Source: Chiloscyllium plagiosum
Taxonomy: Eukaryota
Reading direction: 5' to 3'
Length of the DNA: 64,000 bases
Assembly (NCBI RefSeq): GCF_004010195.1
Contig: NC_057751.1
Location: 10,896,617 to 10,960,616, forward strand
Shown: positions 14,284 through 26,788 of the stretch, in pieces
Numbering within the stretch: position 1 is the stretch's first letter
How the letters are laid out: the number at the start of each line of letters is the position of its first letter
Made by a program: the position numbers and the translations under genes
Notes under the pieces: model-generated
The model's input: the letters and a program-made list of their open reading frames with translations, nothing else
Database searches by the model: none
What the model was told of the DNA's origin: nothing

Positions 14284-16462
14284 AAGCACTGATCTTCACA
14301 GAATCATATACAAATTTTCTTGCAAATTTTACATCAACATAAAGATTATTTTTTGAGTGTGCTGACACTGTATAGACTGCAGTGGTTCATAAAGGCAGCT
14401 CAACTTCACCTTTCTAAGGGCAACTAGAGTTGGGTAATATATATTGCCCCAAACAGCAACATCCACGTCCCATGAATAATTTTTAAAAAAATGTTAACAT
14501 TGAGCAATACATTTGAGCAACAAATTTGATGTTACCATCTGACTCCCACAAATCTTGAGATGCTAATTTTATTTGCCATTCACTTGCAATGCACAAATCT
14601 GGATCTACCCACAAGTCAGTGATGAACTGTTTAACATGACAACGTGATCACTAGCTTCTCCACTTTGTTTCCATTTAGTATATTGCAACCACAATCTATA
14701 TTTATTTCAAATAAAATGTGTTCAGTTAAAGGCACCAGTAATAATCCTTCATTTTGCTTTCAGAGAAAACATTTTGTATGAACATCAGAAATATATGTTA
14801 CGTAACCTTGCTCAGGCAAACAAAACCCTATGATTCCTGATGCATTGTTTGGTGGCTCTGCATTCTGATTGGCTGGCCAACCCAGTTTTGCATTGAACTG
14901 ACTATCTTTCTAACAACTTGTCAATGAGCCCTTTTCTATTTTGCTCTTGTTATATTACTTTTCTAAGATGTTTCAAATACATGAAGTGTAGCTGTTCCTT
15001 CCCATCCTTGGACAATCATCTATTTTCATAATTTCTGCAAAAGAAAGCCATCAACATGTGTGCTGAGATGCAGCAAGGGTGTTACAGATCATTCAGACTT
15101 CTATTTTTTTATCATGTTTTCACTTGGAGCTCTTAAAGATGATGGGAGATGTTCCTATTTTGTTTCTATCATTTGGTTGACCAGGAATCTCTCCTGCTCT
15201 TTGAGCTTGTTACTTCAATTGTGTTGGAAAGCGAAATAACCCCACAAAAGCCAGTATCCAATCACCAAGTTACCCTGATTGACAAAAGACCAATCCTTCA
15301 CTGCAGTAATGTCTCATAAAGATTCAGGCACCCAGAGTCAGTATCTGGGACACTCCCTTTTTTATGTCAGCCAGGGCTCCCGGATTGGACTGGATTAATA
15401 GTCCCAATCGGGGAACTCATATTCTACGAGATTCATCTGGCTGACTTTGTTACAGTCACTATTGAAGGATTTACAGGTTAATATCAAATTGTTTATTTGT
15501 ATTTTGAATCCATCTTTCTTGTCCTGGGTAGGACTCTTAACCAATCTACTCCATTAGATGCTATGCAATGCACACCATAAGATGAATGCACTTCTGAGAT
15601 GTAGCACACACTTTCTTCCAAAATATAAGGGTGTCAATGCAGCAAGCTAATTTTTACATACCTAACGCTTGTTCAAGGGAGAGATTAGTGAGCAGAAAAA
15701 ATAATTTTCTTCAGACTAAAACTGTCTTAGATTGTTGAATATGAAAAGACACAACCACCCTTGAAGATTTTTCATGGTATAAATCTTAAGAGTTCAAATT
15801 CGAAGCATTTTTGTATGGGTTGCAGGCAGCATGAGTCAGTGATGATGTCACTCATTGCGTAAAAAAGATGTTGTGGCAATGTAGGGATCCTAAGATTAAA
15901 AACCAAGTGCTTACCTCCCTGGTGCATAGCAATCAGGCCACAGCAAATGTTGATTTTCTGCTGCTTATCAAAGCATGAATGCATTGTTCTCCTGATTTCC
16001 TGGACCAGACAGTGCCTTCAGCATGGTATGAAACATTGTGATCTGCACTTAATCTGCATCTAAACTCTAAGTGCAACCCAGCCATGAATTTTTAACCTGT
16101 GTTCAGAAAAGATCTGATGCAAGTTCTCACTGCGAGATGGCAATTTGATCAACTTTTCTGTCTCTTTTTCTCTTCAGCAACTCTCTGCCTGTCTGTCAGT
16201 TATTTTGTTTCTTTGTTCAACTTAGGGGAGAACAAAACATTGTAATATATTGGTAAATATCATGCAATCGCAAATACAGTTTTTAAAACTTGACAGTTTT
16301 AGTAAAACAACACAGAAAATTAATGTTATATGTTTCATTGAACTCTTGACAATTCACATTCATAAGGATGTATGAAACACATTCCATTTTACTTGAATTT
16401 TCCATAAAGATTGTGCTTTTTACAGCTTTTCATCCCAGCTTCTCTCCATCTCCCACTATTAG

Positions 16463-16588
16463 CTGCAAAGTTCACAGATGTTCTTAACAGTGTACGGAGA
16501 GGGTCAGGACCCTTTCCTGACCATGAGGGGCTCCTGACTCCTGCTGCACAGCCTCCACTGCCACCTCTCACTCCCTCTTCTATGCCCA
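16463..16588 (+). CDS. CAMK2B: CAMK2B betaM-type proline-rich cassette exon B (126 nt, phase 1-1): xAKFTDVLNSVRRGSGPFPDHEGLLTPAAQPPLPPLTPSSMP
   Basis: tattag| acceptor and |gtaagt donor. DVLNSVRRGSG...EG matches the mammalian betaM repeat DILNSVRRGSG.PEAEGP. Confidence 0.92.
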
Positions 16589-17716
16589 GTAAGTAAGTCT
16601 GTGATGAAAGACCACTGAGCATGTGGCGTGTGCACTGATAGCATGCAAGTGTTGGGCACCCATATTCAGCTTTGTGCAAATAATTGAGCCAAAAGACTTA
16701 ATGACCCATGAAGACTACAATTTTAAGTTGTTGCATGGCCACTGGGGCAAAAGCTGTTTTTCTCATTGGGCAATAAATGTTGGAATGGAAATGCCATGGC
16801 AATGTGGTGTAGTTCAATTAAAACATACAGTTTGGGACTGATTAATGCCATATCAGTGATGTGAAATAGCCCTGCTCTCACATTACTGTGATCATTTTGG
16901 AACCAAACCACAAACAACAGTTTGCATTTCTGTCAGCCTGCCCTGCTATGCCAAAGTTTAAACAGCACTATTGCCATTGAAAGGTACAATCAGATATACG
17001 GTTAACAAGGTCCATTTTGAGAAAACAGAACACTTTCTCAGTGACTCTTGACTTTTCTGTCATAGTAACATGTTCTACCTTCCTTAAATCCACAATGCTA
17101 TCAATTAATTTTAACAAACATTTGGAGACTTAGACTTGTGGAATAATGACACCCCTGTGCTGATGAAAATTCAGTTACAACTTGTTCTGAATTATGTGGA
17201 GTAATTATACTTTGTTAGACACTCGCAATTGTTGGTCTTGTTAACACTTTGTTAGCACTTGCACACTTTGGAGGTGAGGTCAAACACAGCAGTCGACTTA
17301 CCTATTGTGGCTGTGCTCAATAATTTAAATTCTCAATCGAGCAGCACCTTGATCTGAAATGCTTAGATGTGCGTTCAGGTCCCTCTCTAAGGTCTTGAAA
17401 GTGGACCTTCTAAGGTCCAGACTGATGAAAACACAAGTTTAATGGATAATTTACTTATGCAATCAGTTTGTTCTGTGAATCTCTGCGTCGTTCAAAGAGA
17501 ACTCTGATTTAAAAACTTTTGCCATGCAGTATGGAACCATCTAAAGTTAACATGTTTAGAAACTGAAAATAGACACAGTTAAATCTTCTGTAAGTTTTGC
17601 AGCTTGCTCAGCAATGCAACTTGTGCAGCAAAGAATAGCACGCCATGGTTTCACTTCTGCCAGCTATTTTATAACCTTGTATATTATTACATCATATTTT
17701 CACCTTCCATCCTCAG

Positions 17717-17833
17717 CTGCGAAATTCACAGATGTTTTAAAGTGTGTGCCACGACAGTCCGCACCTTTTGCTGAATCTGAGGGTGGCCAATCTGTTCAGG
17801 TACCACCTCTCACTCCCTACATCTCTATCCCTT
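17717..17833 (+). CDS. CAMK2B: CAMK2B betaM-type cassette exon C (117 nt, phase 1-1): xAKFTDVLKCVPRQSAPFAESEGGQSVQVPPLTPYISIP
   Basis: cctcag| acceptor and |gtaagt donor. Clear paralogue of exon B (AAKFTDVL, PF...EG, PPLTP), with synonymous differences. Confidence 0.88.
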
Positions 17834-18662
17834 GTAAGTAGCAAGCAATGCTGCCTGACTGAGATTCAGCCTTCTCTATAAGGCTGAACGAATGCAATGC
17901 ACTTTCAGCATGTGGAAGGTGTGCATCTTTCTTGCAAGTTTAAAATGCAGAAAAGCTGGCAGTGATCTAAAATTTATGATGGATATTATTTAAGGACATT
18001 CGTCTACAATTAAGCTTTGCTTGTAACTTGCTTGGCAGTTATTTCCAGGCAACAGTCAGTGTACAGTCCTAAATGATGATGCAAGCAATTTGAACACTCA
18101 GTTCAACTTGAGCTTTTAAACAAAGCATGAGCCCAGTGCCAAGATAGAAACAGAAGGATATAATCGTACAGTAAATTGACCAGGTACAAAACACTGCTTC
18201 TTGAAAAATGCTTGACATGTTTCCAGTTTTGAAAGGTGGTTAAGTTAGGAATACAGTCAGTTCTGCTATAATGTAGTTCTGGTAGTTCCATTCTCGTGCA
18301 ACCCCGTGTTATAAGAAAATCATGTAACAGCAGCACCATTTAAACTAATAAGGTTGGAATTGCATTGTAACCAATTTGCATTAACGAAACACGCAGTATA
18401 GCAGAACAAGCTGTATTTGAGTATAATAACTGTTCTTCCCTACCAGTAACAGCTGGTCGGTAATAAATCATGGTTCTCTTGCTCCTGAGTTAAATTTTCT
18501 GTCAAATTTTAATGATCTGATTCCAGAACATTTCTGACAAATGAAAATGGCTTCATGCACAAACATTTATATTTCCATTCTCAACAAGGTGAATCTGAGC
18601 TTCCAGTTGCTGCTCCAAACTGCATTGTTAATACGATTGTAATGAATTTTTAAAAAAAAATT

Positions 18663-19510
18663 ATTGATTCATTTTGTGGGACATGGACATTGCTGGCTGG
18701 CCAGCATTTATTGCCCATCCATAATTGCCCCTGAGAAGGTGGTGGTGTGCTGCCTCCTTGAACTGCTGCAGTCCACCTGCTACAGGTTGACCCACACTGC
18801 CATTAGGATTTTGACCCAGCAACAGTTAAGGGATGGCGATATATTTCCAAGTCAGGATGTTGAGTGACTTGGAGGGGAACTTGAAGGTGGTGATGTTCCC
18901 AAATATCTGTTGGCCTTGTCCTTCTAGATGGAAGTGATTGTGGTTTGAAAAATGCTGTGTGAGGATTTTTGGTGAATTTCTGTAATGCACCTTGTAGATA
19001 GTACACACTGCTGCTGCTGAACATCGGTGGTGGAGAAGTGAGAGGATGCTTGTGGATCTAGTCCCAATCAAGCAGGCTGCTTTGCCCTGGGTGGTGTCAG
19101 GCATTTTGAGTATTGTTGGGGCTGCACCTATCCAGGCAAGGGGGAAGTATTCCCTCACATTTCTGACTTGTGCCTTGTAGATGGTGGACAGGCTTTGATG
19201 AGTCAGGAGGTGAGTTAGTCACTACCATATTTCTAGCTTCTGACCTGCTCTTGTAGCCACTGTGTTTATGTGGTGAGTCCAGTTGAGTTTCTGGTCAATG
19301 ATAGCCCTCCCAGGAATGTTGATAGTCAGGTATTCAGTGAACGTAACACCATTAAATGCCATGGGGTGGTGGTTAGATTGTCTCTTATTCGTGATGGTCA
19401 AAGCCTGGCTTTGTGTGGCACAAATATTACTTGCCACTTGTAAGCCCAATCCTGGATATTGTCCAGATCTTGTTACTTTTGAACATGGACTGCTTCAATT
19501 TCTGAGGAGT
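18663..19510 (-). mobile_element. L2/CR1-group LINE 3' fragment (second family)
   Basis: IDQKLNWTHHINTVATRAGQKL and EYFPLAWIGAAPT...QGKAACLI. Related copies at 34730-35365, ~53590-53880 and 58540-59250. Confidence 0.8.
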
Positions 19511-20018
19511 CGTGCCTCACTGCACCATGAGTTGGTGTGTTTTTGATGAGTGCATCATGAGTTTCTGCTGAAATTCAGATATATAGAAGTATGTGCATGA
19601 GAGGGAAATCACTCATTTTAAATGAGTCTGTCTTCTTACAGGCAGCGTCACCAGTTCATATAAACTGAAATATTTGTGAGAAACTGATGAACTTAAATCA
19701 TAAGATCATTTTCTTCTTATTTTTGAGCTAAATTTGACATAACTAAATGCTTGAACATTTTGTTTCTACTTGTGAAGTCATTCTGGCTCAGAAGGCAGAG
19801 ACTAATTTTCTGCCAGACCTCTACCTCTGTAGGCCAGCCACAAAAAATGCAGGGGAATCAACCTAGGACAGACAGCCCAAGCTTATTCCTCTCTCATCAT
19901 CTATTCTGCTCCTATGTACACGAACACAAGTGACCGAACAAACATTGCAGTTGAATTTCAACCTGCTGTCTGTATCTCTATCAGTTTTCATTCTTCCAAA
20001 TGGGGTTTGCTTAAGTTG

Positions 20019-20143
20019 AGAAAGTGAGGTCTGCAGATGCTGGAGATCAGAGCTGAAAATGTGTTGCTGGAAAAGCGCAGCAGGTCAGGCAGCATCCAGG
20101 GAACAGGAGAATCGACGTTTCGGGCATAAGCCCTTCTTCAGGA
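20019..20143 (-). mobile_element. PLE-derived short element (family A) with intact minimal hammerhead core
   Basis: Minus strand reads CTGAAGA-A-GGGC-TTAT-GCCC-GAAAC-GTC (20141-20114). Near-identical copies at 30967, 41826, 51138 and 59903. Confidence 0.8.
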
Positions 20144-21081
20144 AGGGCCTTGCTTAAGTTAAGCAGACTTGAGACATTTGTTTCATTTTGAGACTTCCCA
20201 TCTTAGTATGAGCTGAGAATGTCAAAGGAGAAAATGTTGTGACTGGAGACTTACCTGAAAGTTGTTGTGCAGATTTGCCAATAAGGGAAGCAGCTCATTT
20301 GCTCCTGACCTGCTCTGAGGCAAACTCTTTGAGTGTATTTTTAATAAAAGTGAGTCATATTGTTTGAATATCCATCTCATAATCCTGCAAGTGTAAATTT
20401 GTGATATTAGGATCAATATCAAGAATATGCCATTTTATTTGATATTGCTATCCAAGGTCATAATCAACATTCATAAAAGAGCTTATCCACTCCCTCTTCA
20501 TATGGAAGTAATCAAGGGCCTAACTCTTCTCTGTTCATGCAAAAAGGATGGTGGGACATTTGATCCTCAAGATTGATTGTTCCCTCGTTACTGGGAGTCA
20601 GATTTTTCTTTTCCCCACTCAGCTGTTTGTTTGTTTCATCAGCTCTTCCATTGACCACACAGTCCACTGAAACACAATTACTGGACTTAAACAAGTCACA
20701 TGATAGCAAGCTGACCAGCTCCCATACTTCACATTCAACCAGACTTCAGAGCTTCACTGAATAGTAACGTTTTCTATGTAGTACACCTTTTAAAACTTAT
20801 ACATCCTGATCTGTAAGAAGGTTTGGATCCTGCATGCAAGTTTTGTTTGTTGACTTTTTTTGTCTCCTTCTAAAATATATAATTTAGCAATGCTTCAGTA
20901 GTAACTTATCCAGATCCTCACATTTGATTTACTTTACACCCTTACCGTTGGACTGAATCAAATTCATAAAATAGGGCTGTTGAATCTAATACTTCCCTAA
21001 CCTTTTGAAGATAGAGGAAAGACTTGACGTCTTGAAGTTTGTAATTCTGAATAAGGCTCTTGTCGGCTGTGTATATTTTAG

Positions 21082-21280
21082 AGTTAAAAATCACACCACA
21101 CCACATTATAGGCCAACAGGTTCATTTCGAAGCACTAGCCTTTGGTTCATCACAACCACCTCATGAAGGAGCAGCACTCTGAAAGCTAGTGCTTTCAAAT
21201 AAACCTGTTGGACTATAATCTGGTATTGTGTGATTTTTAACTTTGTACACCCCAGTCCAACACCAGCATCTCCAAATCAT
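21082..21280. mobile_element. PLE family B palindromic insertion (inverted terminal repeats plus tail)
   Basis: agttaaaaatcacac...aacagg...agcactagc is mirrored by gctagtgct...cctgttgg...gtgtgatttttaact. Confidence 0.8.
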
Positions 21281-22997
21281 ATTTTAAACGTTAGGATACC
21301 CAACATGTTGTTAACTAGATATGTGACCAAGCTTGCATCCTCGTGAACATTATGAATTTAACAACTTATTCCAGCTAGCACTATTTCTGAATGCCTATGA
21401 TCATGGTGTTTATTATGTAATTTCTATTGAAGTGAGAATTCCAACTAATTCCCAAGGAACATCCATAATCTGTGATTTAAAAAAAATAAAAATAAATATT
21501 CAATTCAAGAAAAAACAAGTTCAAGCATATATGATTTTAAAAGCCGTGCGAGTTTTTGCTCAGTGAGGATTTTAACATGGCATGAATAACCCACAATTTC
21601 TGCACTTGGTTCCCACTGTCTAACTCAGATGTGCAGCATGTTTGAATGCATTTAATCGCTGCAACCATTTCCAGTTGCCTTCTGTGTCAATAAAACCTCA
21701 GTGTCCTCTAAATTCTTCAGTCAGCATCATCAGTGTAACTCCTGACCTCTGCTTTGAGGTCTTTCACTTTGCTGTCATTGGTTGATCTATTTCACAAAAG
21801 AAATGCCCATTTTTCAGCATATATATTAACTGACCCAGAAGGAACACTTGGTATGACATAATTCTCTGAATTAGACTGTAATCTATGCACATAGGCATGA
21901 GAGCAGTATTTACTGGTCACTTTATAGACTATTCCTGAAAGCCATATTCTCATGTTTTACTCCAGTGATTGCAACAATAATATGAATTTTTTTGTGTAAA
22001 ATAACAGGTTGTTTGGGGATCTTGATTGTGCACACCACTGTTAAGAACTAGAGCTGTAGAAATGGGTTCCTGTCCACAATTCTGCACCCATTGAATAGCC
22101 TGTTGTGGAGGAAACCAGGATACAGCAATATGACAAGCTCTTTGCTTTGTCTGGGAACCTCTGACAAGCTTGAACAGAGCTCCCCACAGAGTGAGAGACA
22201 TTTGTCATCAGTTCATCTTTGCACAGGTTGGAGAACAGTGCTTCTCATCAAAGTTGCAAAGAAGAGGGGAGATATATTGATTGCATTCCAAAGTCCAGAA
22301 GATCTAATGTCAATTGAATTGGATTACATCAGCTTTGTAAAGCATTCTTCATTGGCTCTTCGTATTACAACATACAAGTTAAGTTTTGTTCATGGAAACT
22401 GAAATTCCAATGGCATCATATAATGCAAACGATGCAATACTTTTAAGTTCAAAGTTATCTGCAGTATAGAACTGGTTAACTATCTTTGTGAAGACAAAGC
22501 CGTCAAATTTAATCCTTTTTGTGAATATAATCATATAATCCACTGCATGGTTCGAAGGTACAACATTTTAGTATCCCTCAATCAGCGCCACACAGATTTT
22601 GATCATTATTCCATTGTCATTTGTGAAAGGCAACAGTGTGCAAATCAGCTGCTTAGTTTCCTTCAAATGCAAAACTTCGACTTCAAATTACTGCACTGCC
22701 TCTAAGGTATTTTAAGCAGTCATGAGGTCATGAAAGGCATGAAAGAAATGCAAGTCTGTTTTTCTATCTATTACTGCAGCATCAGGAGACTGTGAAATGC
22801 AAAAACAAAGTTCTCTGTTTTGAAAACCAAATTCTGTTCCATTTAAAATGGAAATTATTTCTCTCTCGAGAATATGGCTTTAATGCAATATTTTTGGAAA
22901 CGTATTCATTCCCTCAATATTGATCCATTTTTGCTTTTACTCTTGGATATTCATTGTGTCTCTTTCATATGTGATATCATTTTTTCTACAAACTCAG

Positions 22998-23081
22998 TTG
23001 CTAAAGGTATGGATCGTATGTGTGTTAAGAATCAGTCCAATGATTACAAGAGACCCCTCAGCTCACCACCTCCAACTCAAT
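22998..23081 (+). CDS. CAMK2B: CAMK2B variable-linker cassette exon D (84 nt, phase 1-1): xAKGMDRMCVKNQSNDYKRPLSSPPPTQ
   Basis: actcag| acceptor and |gtaagt donor; symmetric and stop-free. Shares the AKG-x5-V[RK]NQS...PPP pattern with exon A. Confidence 0.75.
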
Positions 23082-23209
23082 GTAAGTGTTACAGATATTG
23101 GTACCCAACGTTATCTGAAGAATGGCTTTGCTTTACCATTCAAGTCATAATACTCATATAATTTAAAGGATGTGGTAATTTGACACATAAAATTTAGGCT
23201 TGGCAAACT

Positions 23210-23680
23210 TGCTTAAACTTGTTGAGGATATACTGCGCAAAATAGGTTGCAGGGAACCAGAGGTGGTTGCTGTCTTTGGATTTTCAGAAAATTTTAAATA
23301 AGGTACCACAGAAAAGGTTAGTAAGTTGAGAGTTGGTTAATGGATAGAAGAAGATAGGTATAAGCGAATCATTCTCAGGTTGTCAGATTGGAATGAATCA
23401 GGTACAGCAATTTATATCAATAATTTGGATCGGGGACCAAATATCATATTTCCAAATTTGCTCATAACATAAAGCTATATGGCAATGTGAGTTGTGAGGA
23501 GGGTGCAAAGAAACTTCAAAGTTGAAGTCATTTAGACAGGTGAAGGGAGTGATCAAGAACATGGCACATGGAAAATTATGTGGGAAAATATGAAGTAATC
23601 CGTTTTAGTTGGAAAAGTAAAAATTCAGAGTCATTTTTAAAATAGTGGAAGATTTGGAACTCTTACTGTCCTTGTACATA
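23210..23680 (+). mobile_element. Old CR1 LINE RT fragment
   Basis: Degenerate matches to the DFQKAFDKVPH and SKFADDTK coding regions. Confidence 0.65.
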
Positions 23681-23683
23681 TGT

Positions 23684-24945
23684 CATAGTTTCATAGTAAT
23701 AGAAGAAAGAGTAGGCCGTTTGGTCCGTCGAGCCCTTCATTAAGATCATGGCTGATCCATCCATCATCTCAGCTTCTACCTGCATTATTCCCATAACCCT
23801 TAATTCCCCTACCATGCAAAACCCATCCAAATGTGTCTGAATATATTTAATGAAGCTGCCTCTACTGCTTCTTTAGGCATAGAATTCAATACTGTCTGGG
23901 AAAAGCAGTTCTCCGTTATCTCTGTCCTAAATCTATCCCCCCCTAATCTTGGGGCCATGTTCTCCAGTCCTAGTCTCATCCACCAGCTGAAACAACTTGC
24001 CTGCCTCTGTTTTCTCTATCCCTTTCATAATTTTATATGTTTCTGTAAGATTCCCCCACTTATTCTCCTAAATTCTACCGAGTACAGTCGTAGGTGGCTT
24101 GACCTATCCTCATGGGTAACCCCCTCATCTGCAGAATCAAGCTGTAGAACCTCCTCTGCATTGCCTCCAAAGCCAGTATACCCTTCCACAAGTAAGGAGA
24201 CCAGAACTGTGCACAGTACTGCAGGTATAGCCTGACCAACACTTCGTACAATTGCAGCAGAACCTCCCTGCTCTTAAATTCAATCCCTCTAGCAATTAAA
24301 GTAAATATTTTGTTTGCCGCCTTGATTACCTGTTGCACCTGCAAATTAACTTTTAGCAATTCATGTACAAGTATTCCTGAGTTCCTCTGCACAACAGCAT
24401 GCTGCAATCTTTCACCATTTAAATAATACTCTGATCTACTCTTTTTACTTGCCAAGTGGATAACCTCACATTTACCAACATTGTAATCCATCTACCAGAC
24501 CCTTGCCCACTCACTCAACCTATCTAAATCTCTCTGCAGATCCTCCATATTCTCTACAGATTGTGTTTCCACTCAATTTATTGTCATCAGAAACTTGGAT
24601 ACTTTACACTTGGTCTCCTCTTCCAAATCATTCAGATGTATCATGAACAATTGTGGGCCCAACACTGACCCCTGTGGCTCCCCACCCACCACTGATCTCC
24701 AACCAGAGAAACATCCATTTATCCTAACTCTCTGCTTTCTATTGGTTAACCAAAATCTCTATCCATGCTAGTACATTTCCCGAAAGTCCATGCATTCCTA
24801 CAGATGAGTCTTTTATGTGGCACCTTATCGAACACCTTCTGGAAATCCAAGTATATAACGCCCAGCTGTTCCCTCCATCCACCACGCTTCCTACATCCTC
24901 AAAGAACTCCAGGAAGTTTGTCAAACACAACCTTCACTTCCTGAA
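23684..24945 (-). mobile_element. CR1 LINE RT to 3' end
   Basis: CLTNFLEFFE, YNVGKCEVIHL and LQYCAQFWSPY on the minus strand. Confidence 0.9.
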
Positions 24946-25169
24946 TCGGCGTAACATTTGGTGTCTTCCAGACCGCCAGCATCTGTCTGAAGTCCAGTGA
25001 ATTTTGGTAAATTGCCACTAACGCATCTATTGTAACTTTTGCCATTTCTTAGCACCCCAGGATGTATTGTGTGCTTATGTGTGTGTGAGAGAGAGCGAGA
25101 GTGTGTCATTGAAAGCGAATCTACAAGTGAGGCAACCAAAGAGGAAGGCAAATAGTGCATTGTCCTATA

Positions 25170-26105
25170 CAACAAGATGATTTGAGTACAGAAATAAAGT
25201 TAGCTTGCTGCAAGATTTACAAGGATGTTGCCAGGGTTGGAATTATAGGGAGAGGCTGAATAGGCTGGGGTTGTTTTCCCTGGAGCGTTAGAGGCTGAGG
25301 GGCCACCTTATAGAGGTTTATAAAATCATGATGGACTTGGGTCTCGGTTGAGAAGGGAAAAATATAAAAGGGACCTAAGTGTCAACTTTTTCACACAGAG
25401 GGAGGTGCATGTATGGAATGAGCTGCCAGAGAAAATGGTGGAGGCTGGTACAATTGCAGCATTTAAGAAGCATCTGGGTGGGTATTTGAATAGGAAAAGT
25501 TCAGAGGGATATGGGCCAAGTGCTGGCAAATGGGACTAGATTGGGTTAGAGTATCTGGTCAGCATGGACGAGTTGCACCAAAGTGTCTGTCTCATTGCTG
25601 AACCTCTCTATGACTCTATAACTGTAGGGTGCCTTGCTGAGTCTTCACCAAGTGTTTTGTGCATACTTTGTCTCCTCGCCTAAGGAAGGGTATATCTACA
25701 ATACAGGGAGTGCAGTGGAGCCACTCCCGGGATATTGTGTTAAACTCTGAAAAGAGATACTAGATTGATGTTTTCCAGAATAACAAAGAATAAAAGCTGA
25801 CCTCATCCAAACATAGGAATTTTGACAGGTAGATGCAGTGAGCATGTTTCCCGTCACTGCAGGGTTGTGAACAATGGGAAACCAAGAGCTTGGTCATTTC
25901 GAACTGAGAGGAGGAAGAATTTCTTCACTAAGAGGCTGGTGAGTCTTCAGAATTCTCAGGTGCAGAGGCTTGCTCATTGACTCTGTTCAAGACAGTGTTT
26001 GATAGATATTCAGATATTTAAGACATCAAAGGAAATTGAGATAATGTTGGAAAATGGTGTTGAGTCAGAAGATCTGTTAGGTTTGAGAGGCCAAATAGCC
26101 TACTC
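25170..26105 (+). mobile_element. Old CR1 3' fragment with a younger CR1 3' fragment nested at ~25213-25622
   Basis: FFTQREVHVWNELPE...FKKHL and a gactctat tail. The flanks continue an older CR1 C-terminal region. Confidence 0.8.
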
Positions 26106-26788
26106 TTTTTCCGATAAGAAATGATATACTCTGCACATTAAGGACTTTAATCTGTACTACTGGAGATTTGCCAATGGATTGCTTAAAGGTTTGAACACCA
26201 ATTTTGTGCTAAGTTTTTGAACTAATTTCTCCAGTCAAGCTGAACGTTCCTGGCCAGAGAAGGTGTGGAAAGGCAGAGGAGCACTGCTGTGCACAACTCG
26301 ACTTATGCATCAAAATGTTCCAGTTTCCAGACAAAGCAGAATGGGATTAGGAAGGAAAAGATGAAAAGGAGCGGGGAGGAAGAACCGATTCTTCAGAGAG
26401 TGGTCACAATTAGGTTAAAATTGCCTTGCTCATATCAATAACATGCTGGGGTATAACTGGAGACTGTTCATGGCAGAAATATGTTTATGATTTCAACCCC
26501 AGAAAGAAATATTCTGCCTCCACACTATTTTTACAGTACAACACTGAACACTATTTGAAAAATAGTTTTCTCAGTTAAATAATTTTCATCTGGCAGAAAC
26601 AAAACATTCAAATGCTGTGGGAACTTTGGACTGCTTTGTTGATCCCAAATGTTTCCAAATTTAACAGAATTGAGGGAGGAACGTTTATCAAAGGTGCTTA
26701 CACCATTTGGAAAATGAACCAGGCATTTTTTTTTCTTGGTACAATAGGTAACTGGCACTTCAAAACTGAGGTTATGGAATGGTAACAG

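Noticed and set aside
16593..16598. Second GTAAGT donor 4 nt after the exon B donor
   Set aside because: Would frameshift; the upstream donor aligns with exon C.
20643..20764. Acceptor followed by a Ser/Thr-rich phase-1 frame
   Set aside because: Ends in TAG with no compatible donor and has no homology.
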